Below are positions 13,429 through 25,899 of a stretch of DNA of 64,000 nucleotides, piece by piece. A model generated the notes under the pieces. The model did not search any database and was not told the origin of the DNA. It was given only the letters and a program-made list of their open reading frames with translations. Every line of letters starts with the position of its first letter. Position 1 is the stretch's first letter. The translations under genes and the position numbers were made by a program. Source of the stretch: Haliotis cracherodii (taxonomy: Eukaryota); assembly GCF_022045235.1 (NCBI RefSeq), contig NW_027266276.1, positions 9,362,001 to 9,426,000 of the forward strand. Direction: 5' to 3'.

Positions 13429-13537
13429 TTCCCGACATGGGTACAATATTATGTGTGAAGCCCATTTCTGGTGTCCCCCGTCGTGATATTGCTGGAATAT
13501 TGCTAAAAGCGGCGTAAAACCACACTCAGTCACTCAC
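13428..13537 (+). mobile_element. Family A SINE, 5'-truncated
   Basis: attcccgacatgggtacaat...gaagcccatttctggtgtccccc...ctcagtcactcac. Confidence 0.9.
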
Positions 13538-13925
13538 TGTGGTCTAGTTGATAGAGCATCTGGAAGGCCAGGCGTTCGATCCCCGTTCGCGTCATACCTA
13601 AAGACGTGGAAAGATGGTACTTATTGTTACCCTGGCTGGCGTTCGGCATTATGGGTATAAAAGAAGGGCTGGTCATATGTGCAAAAATCTTGACGTGGTA
13701 TGGTATCTTAATGGCTTGTCCTATAAATAAGACATNNNNNNNNNNNNNNNNNNNNNNNNNNNNNNNNNNNNNNNNNNNNNNNNNNNNNNNNNNNNNNNNN
13801 NNNNNNNNNNNNNNNNNNNNNNNNNNNNNNNNNNNNNNNNNNNNNNNNNNNNNNNNNNNNNNNNNNNNNNNNNNNNNNNAGTGCAAGAATCTTGAACGTG
13901 ACGTTAATCCCCATTTCACCTCACC
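13538..13925 (+). mobile_element. Family D SINE (spans gap)
   Basis: tggtctagttgatagagc, gttcgatcccc, gtcatacctaaagac core, tail gacgttaatccccatttcacctcacc. Confidence 0.8.
13736..13879. other. Assembly gap (N run) inside a family D SINE
   Basis: Run of N; family D sequence on both sides. Confidence 1.
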
Positions 13926-14874
13926 TTTAAAGAAGGGCTTATTATATATGGGTAGGATATCTGTATTTGTGTGTAGGTGGAATGTCTTATACCTTACCAA
14001 GTGGCCTCTTGTGACCATTCGTAATTATTATGGGTAATCAATTATTTCTATTTCAACATTAAATGTCAAAAAACATTCAAGCATAAGGTCAAATCAAGGG
14101 TTACATAAGATGAATAAAAAAAACAAAGGACGAAAAAGCGCATTATGCGTAACCTAATCATATTTGCACAAAATACTTTTTCTTAAGTTTTCATTTTACA
14201 ACAGAATACATCGTCGAGAGAATGTGTTCTCCGGCTTCGCGCGACATTCAATTAACGAAAAAAAAAATTAATCAAATTAACTGCATAACCCGAAGCCAGA
14301 ACATGGCGAAGATCTACTTGAGAGCAGTGAGGATATAATCAATTCCTTTTGGGTTTCATGTTTGCATACATAAAATACTGTTTTGGTGTGTATCTCATTT
14401 CAAGTGGTCATCGTCTGTCCGTCATTACCTACTGGACTTAACAAATCAAATGCACCATGTGTAGGCACCGTTAACACCATGATACAAGCCAGCGTTGTTT
14501 TTAATGCAATTTTCCTTTTCGCTATTTCTTCTTGACTGGACACTATAAGAGATGTTTGACATTTAAAGGCGCCTGATCAATTCGAGTACCTGCAGCGATC
14601 CAGTCTTAGCACATCGACCGTCATTCGCAATAACTAGGCATAAAAGATTCACGCTCCCCCTTCAAACTACACAAATAAAACTCCTTATCAGACCGGTACG
14701 TTTTTTCCTGTCTCCTGGCAAAGTCTAACGATTGCGTTATTTAAAGAAACCAACACCAGTGCTATAGAAGGCCCCCGACTGTGACACAACCGTCCAGTGT
14801 TTTATATCCAGGATCAGAAAATACGTGTTCATAGTTTCAATGATAAGAATAATCTAATGGAATATCCCTCAGTC

Positions 14875-15120
14875 ATCCTGGATCAAAGTTACAACATTCA
14901 AAGCCTCGGTAAAGCTTTCATAAATTTCTATGGAAGACGTGTGGAGGCCATTTCCAATTTTACGCATCAGGGTCCAAACTGATATCAGATGCAATTCCCT
15001 ATTTTGACTTATTCCATGTGTTCCCGTCTTTTCAGGTCAATAATTTACTTGTCTTTGCATGTGTTTGCGGGTGGCAGGATGATCTACGTCTTTTCGCGAA
15101 CACCTGGTGTCATCACTATT
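14875..15120 (+). mobile_element. Penelope-like RT C-terminal remnant and adjacent terminal motif
   Basis: LDQSYNIQSLGKAFINFYGR resembles the Penelope RT L.QGY...L...F.KFYGR motif, followed by gaacacctggtgtcatcact. Confidence 0.55.
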
Positions 15121-15129
15121 TGCACATGG

Positions 15130-15404
15130 GGGGCACGGGGGGGCCAGTCGTCTAAGGCGCCGCAATTCGCTGTGCAGAGTTGTGTCCCTTGGGGACGCCA
15201 GAATCCTATGATTGTGGGTTCGAATCCATTTTCGCCCCGATTATGTTTCTAGGTTTGTCAGCATCGTACCCGTGCTCGTGGGTTTCACCGAAGTGGTAAA
15301 CATCTGAGACCTGCACCACTTCGGGCTTTCCTCCCACATAAAGCTGACACGGCGTGATATAACTGGAATACTGTTAAAAGCGACGTCAAACCCAACTCAC
15401 TCAC
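15130..15404 (+). mobile_element. Family B SINE, full length, 17-bp TSD
   Basis: Consensus match; TSD tcactatttgcacatgg at 15113-15129 and 15405-15421. Confidence 0.95.
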
Positions 15405-15830
15405 TCACTATTTGCACATGGTCCTAATAAATTCGGAATTGTACACTCGACTCTGTTTTCAACAGAGATTTCTTATAAACATGGTTTTGTCGCTTTTTTA
15501 TGCTAGTTTGAACAAATGTCCACGATAGTTACGTTACAACTGGAGCACTACGGGACTTAACGTGTGCTTTTTCAAAGTAAAACAATTTGTTGATTTTACC
15601 CAGACTTAACGGACAAGAAGATACATGTTACAACTCTTGAAACTCTTGTCAACACCATACCCGTGCTCGTGGGTTTCACCGAAGTGTTTATGGCCTTTAC
15701 GTTTGTACTATGTATCATGTCGTTCTATCACAGATTCTTAATACAGTGTGCACGGAAGTAGTTACCAAGAAGAAAAAGGTTTCAAAAGCTAGTACAAACA
15801 AGTGCAACTCAGATGTATCATACATTATGC

Positions 15831-15994
15831 GAGTGCGTGAGTTTCGTTTTAAGCCGCTTTGAGCAATATTCCAGCAATATCACGGTGGGGGACACCAGAA
15901 ATGGGCTTCACACATTGTACCCATGTCGGGATTCGAACCCGGGTCTTCGGCGTGACGAGCGAACGTTTTAAACACTAGTCTACCCGACCGCCCC
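15831..15994 (-). mobile_element. Family A SINE
   Basis: Reverse complement of family A consensus. Confidence 0.92.
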
Positions 15995-16184
15995 CATACC
16001 ATATGCACATAGCACTGATTCAATGACCTTGATAGATGCACTTTTAGTTCAACATGAAATGGATAAGAAATTTTCCACAATTCGGTCCACCGAACTGACA
16101 CAGCAGTGTTGTTCCCAGATACTGATGTGCAGCGGGAATGCTGAGGCAGCTCATCATCTTCTGTATCATTCGACTCATCCGTAT

Positions 16185-16715
16185 ATCGAGAGAATGAGGA
16201 CAATAATAAATATCCTTGTATCGCGGAAATGAGTACAATACTATCCTTGTATCCAGGGAATGAGTACAATGATATCCTCGTCTTGAGAGAATGAGTAGAA
16301 TAATATCCTTGTATCGCGGAAATGAGTACAATAATATCCCTGTATTGAGAGAATGAGTAGAATAATATCCTTTTATTGAGGAAATGGGTCAATAATATCC
16401 TTGTATCGAGAAATTGAGTACAATAATATCCTTGTATCCAGGGAATGAGTACAATAATATCCTTGTATTGAGAGAATGAGTACAATGATATATTTGTATC
16501 CGGGGAATGAGTACAATAATATCCTTGTATCCAGGGAATGAGTACAATTTTACCCTTGTATCCAGGGAATGAGTAGAAAAATATCATTGTATCGAGGGAA
16601 TGAGTCAATAATATCCTTGTATCGAGAGAATGAGTACAATAATAACCTTGTATCCAGGGAATGAGTACAATATTATCATTGTATCCAGGAAATGAGTACA
16701 ATAGTTTCCCTGGAC
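16185..16715. repeat. Minisatellite, 31-bp unit GAATGAGTACAATAATATCCTTGTATCCAGG, ~16 copies
   Basis: Directly visible. Confidence 0.95.
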
Positions 16716-16776
16716 AGGAGAATGTGTTGCCAGCTAATGCAACCAGCATACAATACAGCCCACAGTATGGACTCCA

Positions 16777-17032
16777 GACCCATGAAGATCCGGAGAAGAA
16801 TAGGTCTTCAGCAAATCAATGCTTGCAGTAAAAGGCGACAAAATGCTTGTCGTAAGAAGCGACGAGCGTGATCGTGTGGCCAGGCTCGCCATCTTTGTTG
16901 ATGCATGTCGTCGTACCCCATTTGCATGGATCGATGGATTACTGTATTACTGGATTGTGTGGTCCAGACGGACCGCCGTCATATAGCTAGAATATTGCTG
17001 AGTGCGGCGTTAAACAACAAACAAACAAACCA
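16777..17032 (+). mobile_element. Family C element
   Basis: acccatgaagatccggagaagaataggtcttcag...gtcgtaagaagcgac...gcggcgttaaacaacaaacaaac. Confidence 0.88.
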
Positions 17033-17280
17033 AAGCAACATTATGCAATCTATTCCACGGAGTTACACATTCTAAGAGAAGTCCTTGTCTGAAACAGCGG
17101 TCCCAGCTCATTGAGTCATCTTCTAACTGTATGTTATATTGTCACTCGACACGAATGACCTCCAGCTGTGGGGAATCGAACTCGGATTTCTTTGCGGTGA
17201 GTGGATGTTTGAACGACCACAATATTGTATGGTGCCTTTTTTTAGTACTTCACCACATAGTAGGAACGTATAGAAAGAAC

Positions 17281-17829
17281 CATCTTCCCGAGGTAAGGGC
17301 GTTAACTGACTATAAAAGTCCAGTTTCCACCCTTGCCGAACTAGGCTGATATTTCCAAGCTCGATCGTAGCGCCACCAGTGGCAATTATGAGTTTATGTC
17401 CCTTCTATGTCCTTCCTATTGAACAATCAGAATTCACCTCTCATATCACTTGCATTTGGTTCAAACGAAATGGCGGCGCCCAGTCAAGACGATCTGATCG
17501 ATGATTAAGATCTACATTGTAATAAAACGTGTCTTACCTCGCAAAGCGTATCATATCACTTGAGCTCCTTGATTAAAAACATTTATATATTTGCAACATG
17601 TCTGTCGAAGCCCAGTTACACATACTTTACTAATCTTTCAGTCGACCTACATCTGCAAGTTGAACTCTATGTTGTTTACAAACCGGGTGTCTAGTTCGTT
17701 ACGCGATTTTGATTGCACTGTCCATAGACTCGTTAGTCCAGCCAAATTGTAATTCCGGAATACCGACCTAGTTGCAAGGGTGTAAACTGGACGTTTATAG
17801 TCCTTTAACGCCCTTGCCTCGGGAGGATG
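17281..17829. mobile_element. MITE (~550 bp) with ~65-bp TIRs, copy 1
   Basis: catcttcccgaggtaagggcgttaactgactataaaagtccagtttccacccttgc ... gcaagggtgtaaactggacgtttatagtcctttaacgcccttgcctcgggaggatg; the interior is homologous to 53987-54499. Confidence 0.92.
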
Positions 17830-17839
17830 ATAACAAACC

Positions 17840-18185
17840 GTTTGATGCCTTATAGGGCGCAGCATCACGCATGGAAAGTACATTTTGATGCCTTACAGGA
17901 AGCAACACCGTGCATTGAAAGAATCTTTTCGTGCCTTAAAGGGCGTAACACCTCGATAGAAAGAACCTTTTTGTTGCCTTAAGGAGCGTAACACCCCGGA
18001 TAGAAAGAAGCTTTTAGTGCCTTAAAGGGCGTAACACATCTTATAGAAAGGACCTTTTGGTGCCTTAAAGGGCGTAACACCTGGTATAGAAAGGACCTTT
18101 TGGTGCCTTAAAGGGCGTAACACCTCGGATAGAAAAAATACTTTTGGTGCCTTAAAGGGCGTTACACCTCGTATAGAAAGAAACT
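17840..18185. repeat. Minisatellite, ~43-bp unit GCCTTAAAGGGCGTAACACC..ATAGAAAG.ACCTTTTGGT
   Basis: About 8 copies, with degenerate continuation to ~18370. Confidence 0.9.
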
Positions 18186-19328
18186 TACGTTTCGGAAAGC
18201 TAATTTTAAGAACCTTGCATGGTACTTTGTAATGTACATGTATAGAGAGGACGTTGCACAGTACTACACCATGTGTGAAAAGAACCTTAGTCGGTACTAC
18301 ATCATGTAGGGAAAGAACCATACTCCATACAACGCCATATATAGAAAGAACCGTTTGATGCCATCACGGTACTACAGATCAATTAGCACTTATTCCAATA
18401 ATACCGCAAAGCAAGACCCAGAGAAATGTCGTGTAAGATCAATATCAGATCCCTTGCAGACAATGTAATTTGAGCTAATTCCAATAACATTAAAGCGATT
18501 CAAGCTGCTGTTCTTTAGACATATTTAACTTGTTTATCTTCTAGTAAGATCTACCATTAGCCATTGTCATGTACATTATTAATATTGTATTACCTTAATA
18601 ACATGTATATGAACGTCTTATACATAGACTCAAAGCTATCGTGGCTGTTCACTTGCTTGGCTTAACGTGTTCTTTCGCCTCTGTACAGTAAGTGCTTAGA
18701 CGCGTTTTCATACAACGTATCGTTGGCGTGATGCTTTCAGTGTCGTAAATGCCTATGTTGTAGGTTTTTAAATAAGAAATATCAGTTTTAAAATTGTGAA
18801 GGCAGAGTATGAAATGAAATGAAACCCTGGAGTTTTCTTTACCAGTGCTACCTTCTTGACGAGAAAACGTGTCAACCACCACAATGCTATTCTGCTATTC
18901 AGTAAGCATTGCACATACAGCAGAAAGACACTGAACAAAAAGAGTTAGGGATCGTGAATAATTTTGGGTATAGTTTAATTAAATTGTCTGCTCAGTCTTA
19001 AAAAAAATCACCAAACATATTCGGGATCCCTAACTTTTGTTCAGTATATTTTATAACGCATATTTATGTATGCTACGTCCAACTGTAAATTAATCAATTC
19101 ATAAACATTTTTTCTGTAACGATATAGATGCGGAAACGGAATGGTAACATATAAATATTTATTCAACCGCAATGGGATTTTCAATTGGGTACAATGTATA
19201 AAGCCCATTCTTGGTAGAACGCTGATCACGTTAGAATGACTCATATTTGGAAAACTGACAAAGTTTGTTATTGTCAACAATATAGAAGTCACCTCTGGTA
19301 ATATGACCATCTGGTTGGCTGCAGCAGG

Positions 19329-19572
19329 ATGAGTGAGTGAGTTAGTTGTGTTTAACGCCGTTTGTTACAATATTCCAGTTAAATCAAGGCGTGTCAGCTC
19401 AATGCGGGAGGAAAGCCCGAAGTGATGCAGGTCTTAGACAATTTCCACTATGGTGCTGACAAACATAGAACGATAATTAGGGCAAACCGGGATTCGAACC
19501 CACAATCATAGGATCCTGGCGATGCTCAAGGGACGCAACTCTGTACAGCGAATTGCGGCGTCTTAGTGGCCA
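19329..19572 (-). mobile_element. Family B SINE (internal deletion)
   Basis: Reverse complement of family B. Confidence 0.85.
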
Positions 19573-19867
19573 CCATTACTTATGATAACAGCAGACTTTT
19601 GTCGCTTTTGTTTTAAAAAATGTCACAGTTTTACGAAAGTGTAAAATGTGTGGCCCTGGCCCATATACCGATCTTTATGCTGAAACTGGTATAAACCTAG
19701 GATCATCTATGTCAGGGTGTGGGAGTTACGCTAAAAAGATTGCTTTGTGGAAACGGGCCTCTCTCAACGAAGCGATCTTAGTGCAGCCGTTTTAACAGAC
19801 CAAGGATCAATGTTAGTGCAACCGTAGCTCTGTGGAATGCACATTCAATTAAGTTCAACTAACAACT

Positions 19868-20417
19868 CGGGTGGCCTAATCGTCTAGAAATAAGGCGCCA
19901 CAATTCGCTGAGCAGAGTTGCGTCCCTTAGGCACGGTTTGATCTATGTTCGTAGCTTCAATGTATGTATTATGTTTCCAGGTTTATTTGCACCATGCCCG
20001 TGCTCGTGGGTTTCACCTTAAAGAAGGTAAAGACCGGTTTCATTTCCTCCCACGTCAAGCTGACATGTCGTGTTGAAAGTGAAACCCTGTTTGAAACGGC
20101 ATTAAAACCTCCACGCATTCATTCTACATTTGTTGGGGGCATGGGTGGCCCAGTCGTCTAAGGCGCCGCGATTCGCTGTGCAGAGATGCGTCCTGTGGGC
20201 ACGCCAGAAACTATGATTGTGGGTTCGAATCCCGGTTCGCCCCGATTATGTTTCTAGGTTTGTCAGCATCGTACCCGTGCTCGTGGGTTTCACCGAAGTG
20301 GTAAACGTCTGAGACCTGCATCACTTCGGGCTTTCCTCCCACATTTAGCTGACACGCCGTGATATAACTTTAATACCGTTAAAATCTGTGTTAAACCCAA
20401 CTAACTCACTCACTCAC
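19868..20417 (+). mobile_element. Two tandem family B SINEs (old copy 19868-20110; younger copy 20135-20417)
   Basis: Both start gggtggcc.a.tcgtcta and end aaa.c.g..ttaaa.cc. Confidence 0.88.
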
Positions 20418-20996
20418 TATATTAGTAAATACACTAAGGACTTAATAAAACAACATTGAAAGGAACTTTCAAAACACAATTTTTATTTTTACCATGACGT
20501 TGTTTCGGATATTAGTCAAGGACGTTTATTAACGGCAACTTTGTGTTTTGCATCTCTAAATCAGCTTCTCATCCTGCTTCAGTGCGAGAACCCTTTTGTG
20601 TTTTTAACAAATATTGTGAGAAAAGAAATATAATGACGATGACAAAAATATGGCTGTCTTGACCTTTAAACATGGTTCTAAATTATTATGTTGGAGGCGA
20701 AAATAGAAATCAAGGAGTCAAATGTCTCTGTTTGAAACTATCAAAGTAATGAAATTAGATCCCGTTTGATTAAGGCTATTCACTGTTCTCCCAGAAGAAA
20801 AGAATATCAACGTTCATCATATGACTACTACTTGACTCCAAATACGTTTTATGTTATGTATAGAATTACTACAAATAAAATATTACACTTGAAAAAGATT
20901 TTATTCAGATCAGGAAGAATATGATATGATCGTTCATTTCAAACTTTTGGCATTTGTCACTCTTGCTGTAATTGCAATTATTCAAGAATATCGTTT

Positions 20997-21161
20997 TGAG
21001 TGAGTGAGTTCGGTTTTACGCCTCTTTTAGCAATATTCCAGCAATATCACGGCAGGGGACACCAGAAATGGGCTACACACATTGTACCCATGTCGGGAAT
21101 CGAACCCGGGTCTTCGGCGTGACGAGCAAAAGCTTTAACAAGTAGGCTACCCGACCGTCCC
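20997..21161 (-). mobile_element. Family A SINE
   Basis: Consensus match; TSD aatat(c/t)gtttt. Confidence 0.92.
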
Positions 21162-21244
21162 AATATTGTTTTTAACTGTACTGTCAGGATTGCTTAGCTT
21201 GTAGTGTGCTGGATAGTCATTTTTATTTATAGTCAGTGTTGTTA

Positions 21245-21468
21245 TTTGTATGTTTGTTGTTTGACGCCACACGGCAATATTCCATCTATATGACGGCGGT
21301 CTGTAAATAAACGAGTCTGGTCCAGACAACCCAGTGGTTGACATCATGAGCATCGATCTACGACATGGGATCACCAAAGTCAGCGAGTCCGACCATCTAA
21401 TCCCGTTAGTCGCCTCTTACAACAGGCAAGAGTTGCCGAAGACCAGTTATGACCCGGATGTTTCAGGG
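21245..21468 (-). mobile_element. Family C element, diverged
   Basis: Reverse complement of family C body and head. Confidence 0.82.
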
Positions 21469-21938
21469 ACAGTGTTGTTATGTTATAACATTAGTAAATA
21501 CCCATTTTTTTTTTTGAGGGGCAAAAAATGGGAAGTCTGCAATATGGGATACAGTGCCAAGACCCATCTAACCTCCAACCCAATATAAAATATGATCAAT
21601 TCCTAAACGAACAATTTTCCTTTTACCGTAAGACTTAAATGTCAAATGGACGTTGGTTAATGTCACTATTCTTCATAAAGGTTGTCACACAGAAGACGCT
21701 TGCTGTCAATGTAATTTGAGACATACCAGCTGTTTTCATTTTGATACCTGAATTAATATTTTACAGGAAGGAAGCAATTAAATTCAATGTTTTATTCCGT
21801 AAAACAAAAGAATACATTCTGAAAATAGATTTTCTTAAGCAAAAGTTGGACAGTTCTCCTTTGGTTTGTTTTACTGTTAAAAGGGATTGGTGGGGATTTG
21901 AAAGACCGTCAAAGAAATTATAACACTTTATCCGATTC

Positions 21939-22218
21939 GTGAGTGAGTGCGTGAGTTGGGTTTAACGCCGCTTTTAACAGTATTCCAGTTATATCACAGC
22001 GTGTCAGCTTAATGTGGGAGAAAAGCCTGAAGTGATGCAGGTCTCAGACGTTTACCACTTCGGTGAAACCAACGAGCACGGGTATGGTGCTGACAAACCT
22101 AGATACATAATCGGGGCGAACCGGGATTCGAACACACAATCATAGGTTTCTGACGTTTCTAAGAGAACTCTGCATAGCGAATCGCGGGGCCTTAGACGAC
22201 TGGGCCACCAGTGCCCCC
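21939..22218 (-). mobile_element. Family B SINE, variant subfamily
   Basis: TSD ttatccgatt; shares gagttctcttagaaacgtcag variant with 59175 copy. Confidence 0.93.
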
Positions 22219-22825
22219 TTATCCGATTACGCCCGGAGTCATGGCTATGACGTTGTCAGTATGCGTTTCCCTCTCAAGGAACTGGATTTATATACTTGTA
22301 GGGAAGCAAAATGTTTTATTCAACGCAGCACCATGTTTTTAGACATGTGAGACGTCTGCATATATAGAACCCACGTTTATTTAAATAATTGATATTTAAT
22401 TTCTTCAAATGTATTTCTGAAATCCTGAGTGACTGTGCATGTACTCTTTCAGCTGCTGACAGTTGCTCAGGAGGAACTTACATGATAAATGAGGCTATAT
22501 TCTCAAATGATGTATCCCAAGTCTAAAAGAGTACGTAAGGTTTAATGCATTTTTCAATCAATAAACATAGCTCAGTTCTATCAAGGTAGTCAGTTTAATA
22601 TGAGAGGAAATCCAAAATGTACACAGGACGTGGAATGGTGTCGATAAACCGACAAATACAATTGTACGACCAGCTGATCCTGGAACGCCAAGGGACGCAA
22701 CTCTACACAGAGACTTGAGGCTTTAAGACCACCGTACCTCCAAAAAAACAAGTCGCAAAATGTACGCCATACTCAAATATCTTTGTGTCCGGGGACCGAA
22801 AAGACATGGGGGTTCACCATCATGA

Positions 22826-22910
22826 CACCGGGTGTCTTGGTTTTCATGTACTGGAACAACACCGGGTGTCTGCAACTACACAGGGTGTCTGCAACAACGC
22901 CGGGTGTCTT
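22826..22910. repeat. Short degenerate tandem repeat (caccgggtgtct core)
   Basis: Four copies, plus scattered ones at ~23007 and ~23138. Confidence 0.6.
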
Positions 22911-23704
22911 CAATCACATGCACTAACGTGACGTCGGATGGTTTTTTTTGCATCTATTTACTATCAGTTACTTATATGACAGGGTAACTTAATGACAATG
23001 TACTGACACCGGGTGTCTGGATGAATTAGTGATTCTGACAAGGCCGATGGTGTTTGAATACCGTTATCATTCGGTGTGAAGGAGAACAGTCGTTAACCCC
23101 GATGGCGTTGTTGTATTTAGACGTCATCGTTCCGTGACACCCGGGAAAGCTGGTGGGTTAAGTGGACGATGCACAACGCCTTAGCACGACCGAGGCTGTG
23201 TCCCTACGGCGATAGGCCCTATTGATAGCATGGAATCGATACGGAAAACATTTTTACAAACATGCAAATGGTCGTATTTCCGGCTTTGTGTGGACGCATG
23301 ATTGTGCTCACAGTGCTGGACCGGTTTATGAACGTAAAGTTTCACTCGGTACTTTTCGTCAGTGATCGTTATTGATTCTCAACACGTGTTCTAGCAGTTC
23401 CCATTGCAATATGGGTCACAGATACCTAGAGTGGGGTGTTTTCAGCAAGACCTCGGGTACTCGCTAGGGTGGTTCGCGTGTCTCGTGAGATGTTTTGTAT
23501 TATTATAAGACTGTAAACTGAAAGCGAGTGTTTCCTTCAACCAGATATTTCATTTGGCAGTACCAAGATTCGTATATTTCAACGTTAATTCAAGGTCGAT
23601 ATTCAATTACGTGCATAATATTGCCGTGATACATTAATCGCTTATCATGGTCACTCTTTTGTTCATACATTCATAGTGAGACCATGATTTATATTTTTTT
23701 GTTT

Positions 23705-23965
23705 TTTTATGTTTGTTTAACGCCGCACGCAGCAATATTCCAGCTATATGACGGCAGTCTGTAAAATAATCGAGTCTGGGCCAGACAATCCAGTGACTAA
23801 TATCATGAGCATCGATCAACGCAATTGGGATCGATGACATGCATCAACCAAGTCAGCGAGCCTGACCATCCGATCCCGTTAGTCGCCTTTTACGACAAGC
23901 AAAGTCGCCTTTTACGGCGAGCATGGGTTGCTAAAGACCTATTCTACCCCGGAATCTTCACGGGA
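23705..23965 (-). mobile_element. Family C element, full length
   Basis: Ends ...acctattctaccccggaatcttcacggg (reverse complement of head). Confidence 0.92.
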
Positions 23966-24141
23966 GTGTTGACTACACCTATTGGACAAAGCGCCGTTGC
24001 TATATGACTCAATAGTTTAACTCAAAGTACATCACGGATGGGAGATGACATAGCTATCAGAACCAGATCTCCGTCGGTGTCGAGTTCAGACAGTCATTTT
24101 GTGTAGCACAGAGGCCACAATGTATCCCACGTGCAGGTGAA

Positions 24142-24419
24142 GGGGGCACGTGTGGCCCAGTCGTCTAAGGCGCCGCGATTTGCTGTGCAGAGTTTCGTCC
24201 CTTTGGCACGCCAGAAACCTATGATTTTGGATTCGAATCCCTGTTCGTCCCGATAAGGTTTCTAGTTTTGTCAGCATCATACCCGTGCTCGTGGGGTTCA
24301 CCGAAGTGGTAAACGTCTGAGACCTGCATCACTTCGGGCTTTTCTCCCATATTAAACCTGCAGCGCCGTGATATAACTGGATAAATGTTAAGAACAGGGT
24401 TAAACCCAACTCACTTACT
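24142..24419 (+). mobile_element. Family B SINE, full length
   Basis: TSD cac(g/a)tgcaggtgaa. Confidence 0.93.
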
Positions 24420-24539
24420 CACATGCAGGTGAAACCTCGGTGTATTTTTACAGTGTATCCTTACGTATTGGAACAGCGGAAACCCGCTTGAAAGAACATG
24501 TAGCAAATAGGCGTCAAAATATATGCAGGTATAGAAGGT

Positions 24540-24790
24540 TTTGTTTGTTTGTTTGTTGCTAAACGCCGCACCAAGGATATTCAACCTATATGACGGCGAT
24601 CTGTAAATAATAGTGTCTGGACCGGACAATCCAGTGATTGACATCATGAGCATCGATCTACGCAATTGGGATCAATGACATGCATCAACTAAGTCAGCAA
24701 GCCTGACCACCCGATCCCGTTAGTCGCCTCTTACGACAAGCAAAGTCGCCTTCGTCAAGCATTGGTTGCTGAAGACCTATTCTACCCCGG
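24540..24790 (-). mobile_element. Family C element, slightly 5'-truncated
   Basis: TSD atagaaggt. Confidence 0.92.
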
Positions 24791-25194
24791 GATAGAAGGT
24801 CTACATTCTATTTTACATTACATTCTCATCTTTCCATGTGCTGATTGAGAACTAACTAAAAAATGTCCAGCAGTCAAATGCCATTCTATACATTTGGATT
24901 GTGTTGGATTGGATTGAATTATTCCATGTTGCATGTTTTGTACATGTTCTTACTGAATATCAGGAACTGGGAGGAACGTCCTTTCGGAAATAACGTACCT
25001 GGCAAGGGTAGAAAGTGTGCTGAAGTATGGTATTAAAGCCTTTTCCCAGTGTTGAATGCACGTGAAATGACGAACAACAAGATTAGGACACTAATCTGAA
25101 GAGAAATCAATAGATACTTTATTTATAGTCATAGAAACAACGCATGTATAAAATCGCATTACACTAACTAGGAATGTTGTTACGACACTAACGC

Positions 25195-25625
25195 CCTTGT
25201 GGTGAAGTGGATAAAGCATCCGTCCGGAGAGCAAATGGTGGGTTCGATCTCCTGGTCCCGTCATACCAAAAGATAATTTCCGTCTAATGGTTTGAACTGA
25301 GATATCCTGATCTTGAGATATCTGAATTTCTGTTTCTGAGACCCATTTTGTGAGTGCAGCGGACAAAGAGCCGGGGAGGGGACGGTCGGGGGTTCGACCC
25401 CCCTGTACGCGTTGTACCAAAATATGGAACTTGTTGTTACCCCGCCTTGCGCTCGTCATTAAGTGGATAAAGACAAGTGCTGGTCAGCTCGAAGTCAGTA
25501 TACGTGTTAAGTCGATAGCACTATAAGTCCCGACTAAAATAATCAACAACACACACGTGCTTACACGTTGATATATAAACGAAATATTCTCGGACGCAAC
25601 GCCACACCCCATTTCACCTCACCAC
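25195..25625 (+). mobile_element. Family D-related SINEs (head fragment 25195-25275; diverged copy ~25355-25625)
   Basis: ggttcgatc..gtcataccaaaagat; ggaacttgttgttaccccgcc; tail cacaccccatttcacctcacc. Confidence 0.7.
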
Positions 25626-25656
25626 AAACACTGCTGGTGTCATCACTGTGGAAGGT

Positions 25657-25899
25657 ACCCGTAAATATCCGGGGTAGACTCGGTCTTCAGCATCCCATGT
25701 TTGCCGTAAAAGGCGACCAACGGGATCGGGTGGTCAGGCTCGCTGACTTGGTTGATGCATGGCATCGTATCCCATTTGCGTGGATCTATCATGATGAGAA
25801 TCACTGGATTTTCGGGTCCAGACTCGATTATTTACAGATCGTCGTCATATGGGTGGAATATTGCTGAGTCCGGCGTTAAACAACAAACAAACAAACAAA
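25657..25899 (+). mobile_element. Family C element, full length, 12-bp TSD
   Basis: TSD cactgtggaagg at 25644-25655 and 25900-25911; defines the 5' end at acccgt. Confidence 0.93.

Noticed and set aside
15880-16749. 289-aa minus-strand ORF
   Set aside because: Composed of a 31-bp minisatellite plus a family A SINE; no protein family signature.
24765-24790. Hammerhead core CTGAAGA on the antisense strand of family C
   Set aside because: No GAAA after a stem II and no stem I/III arrangement.
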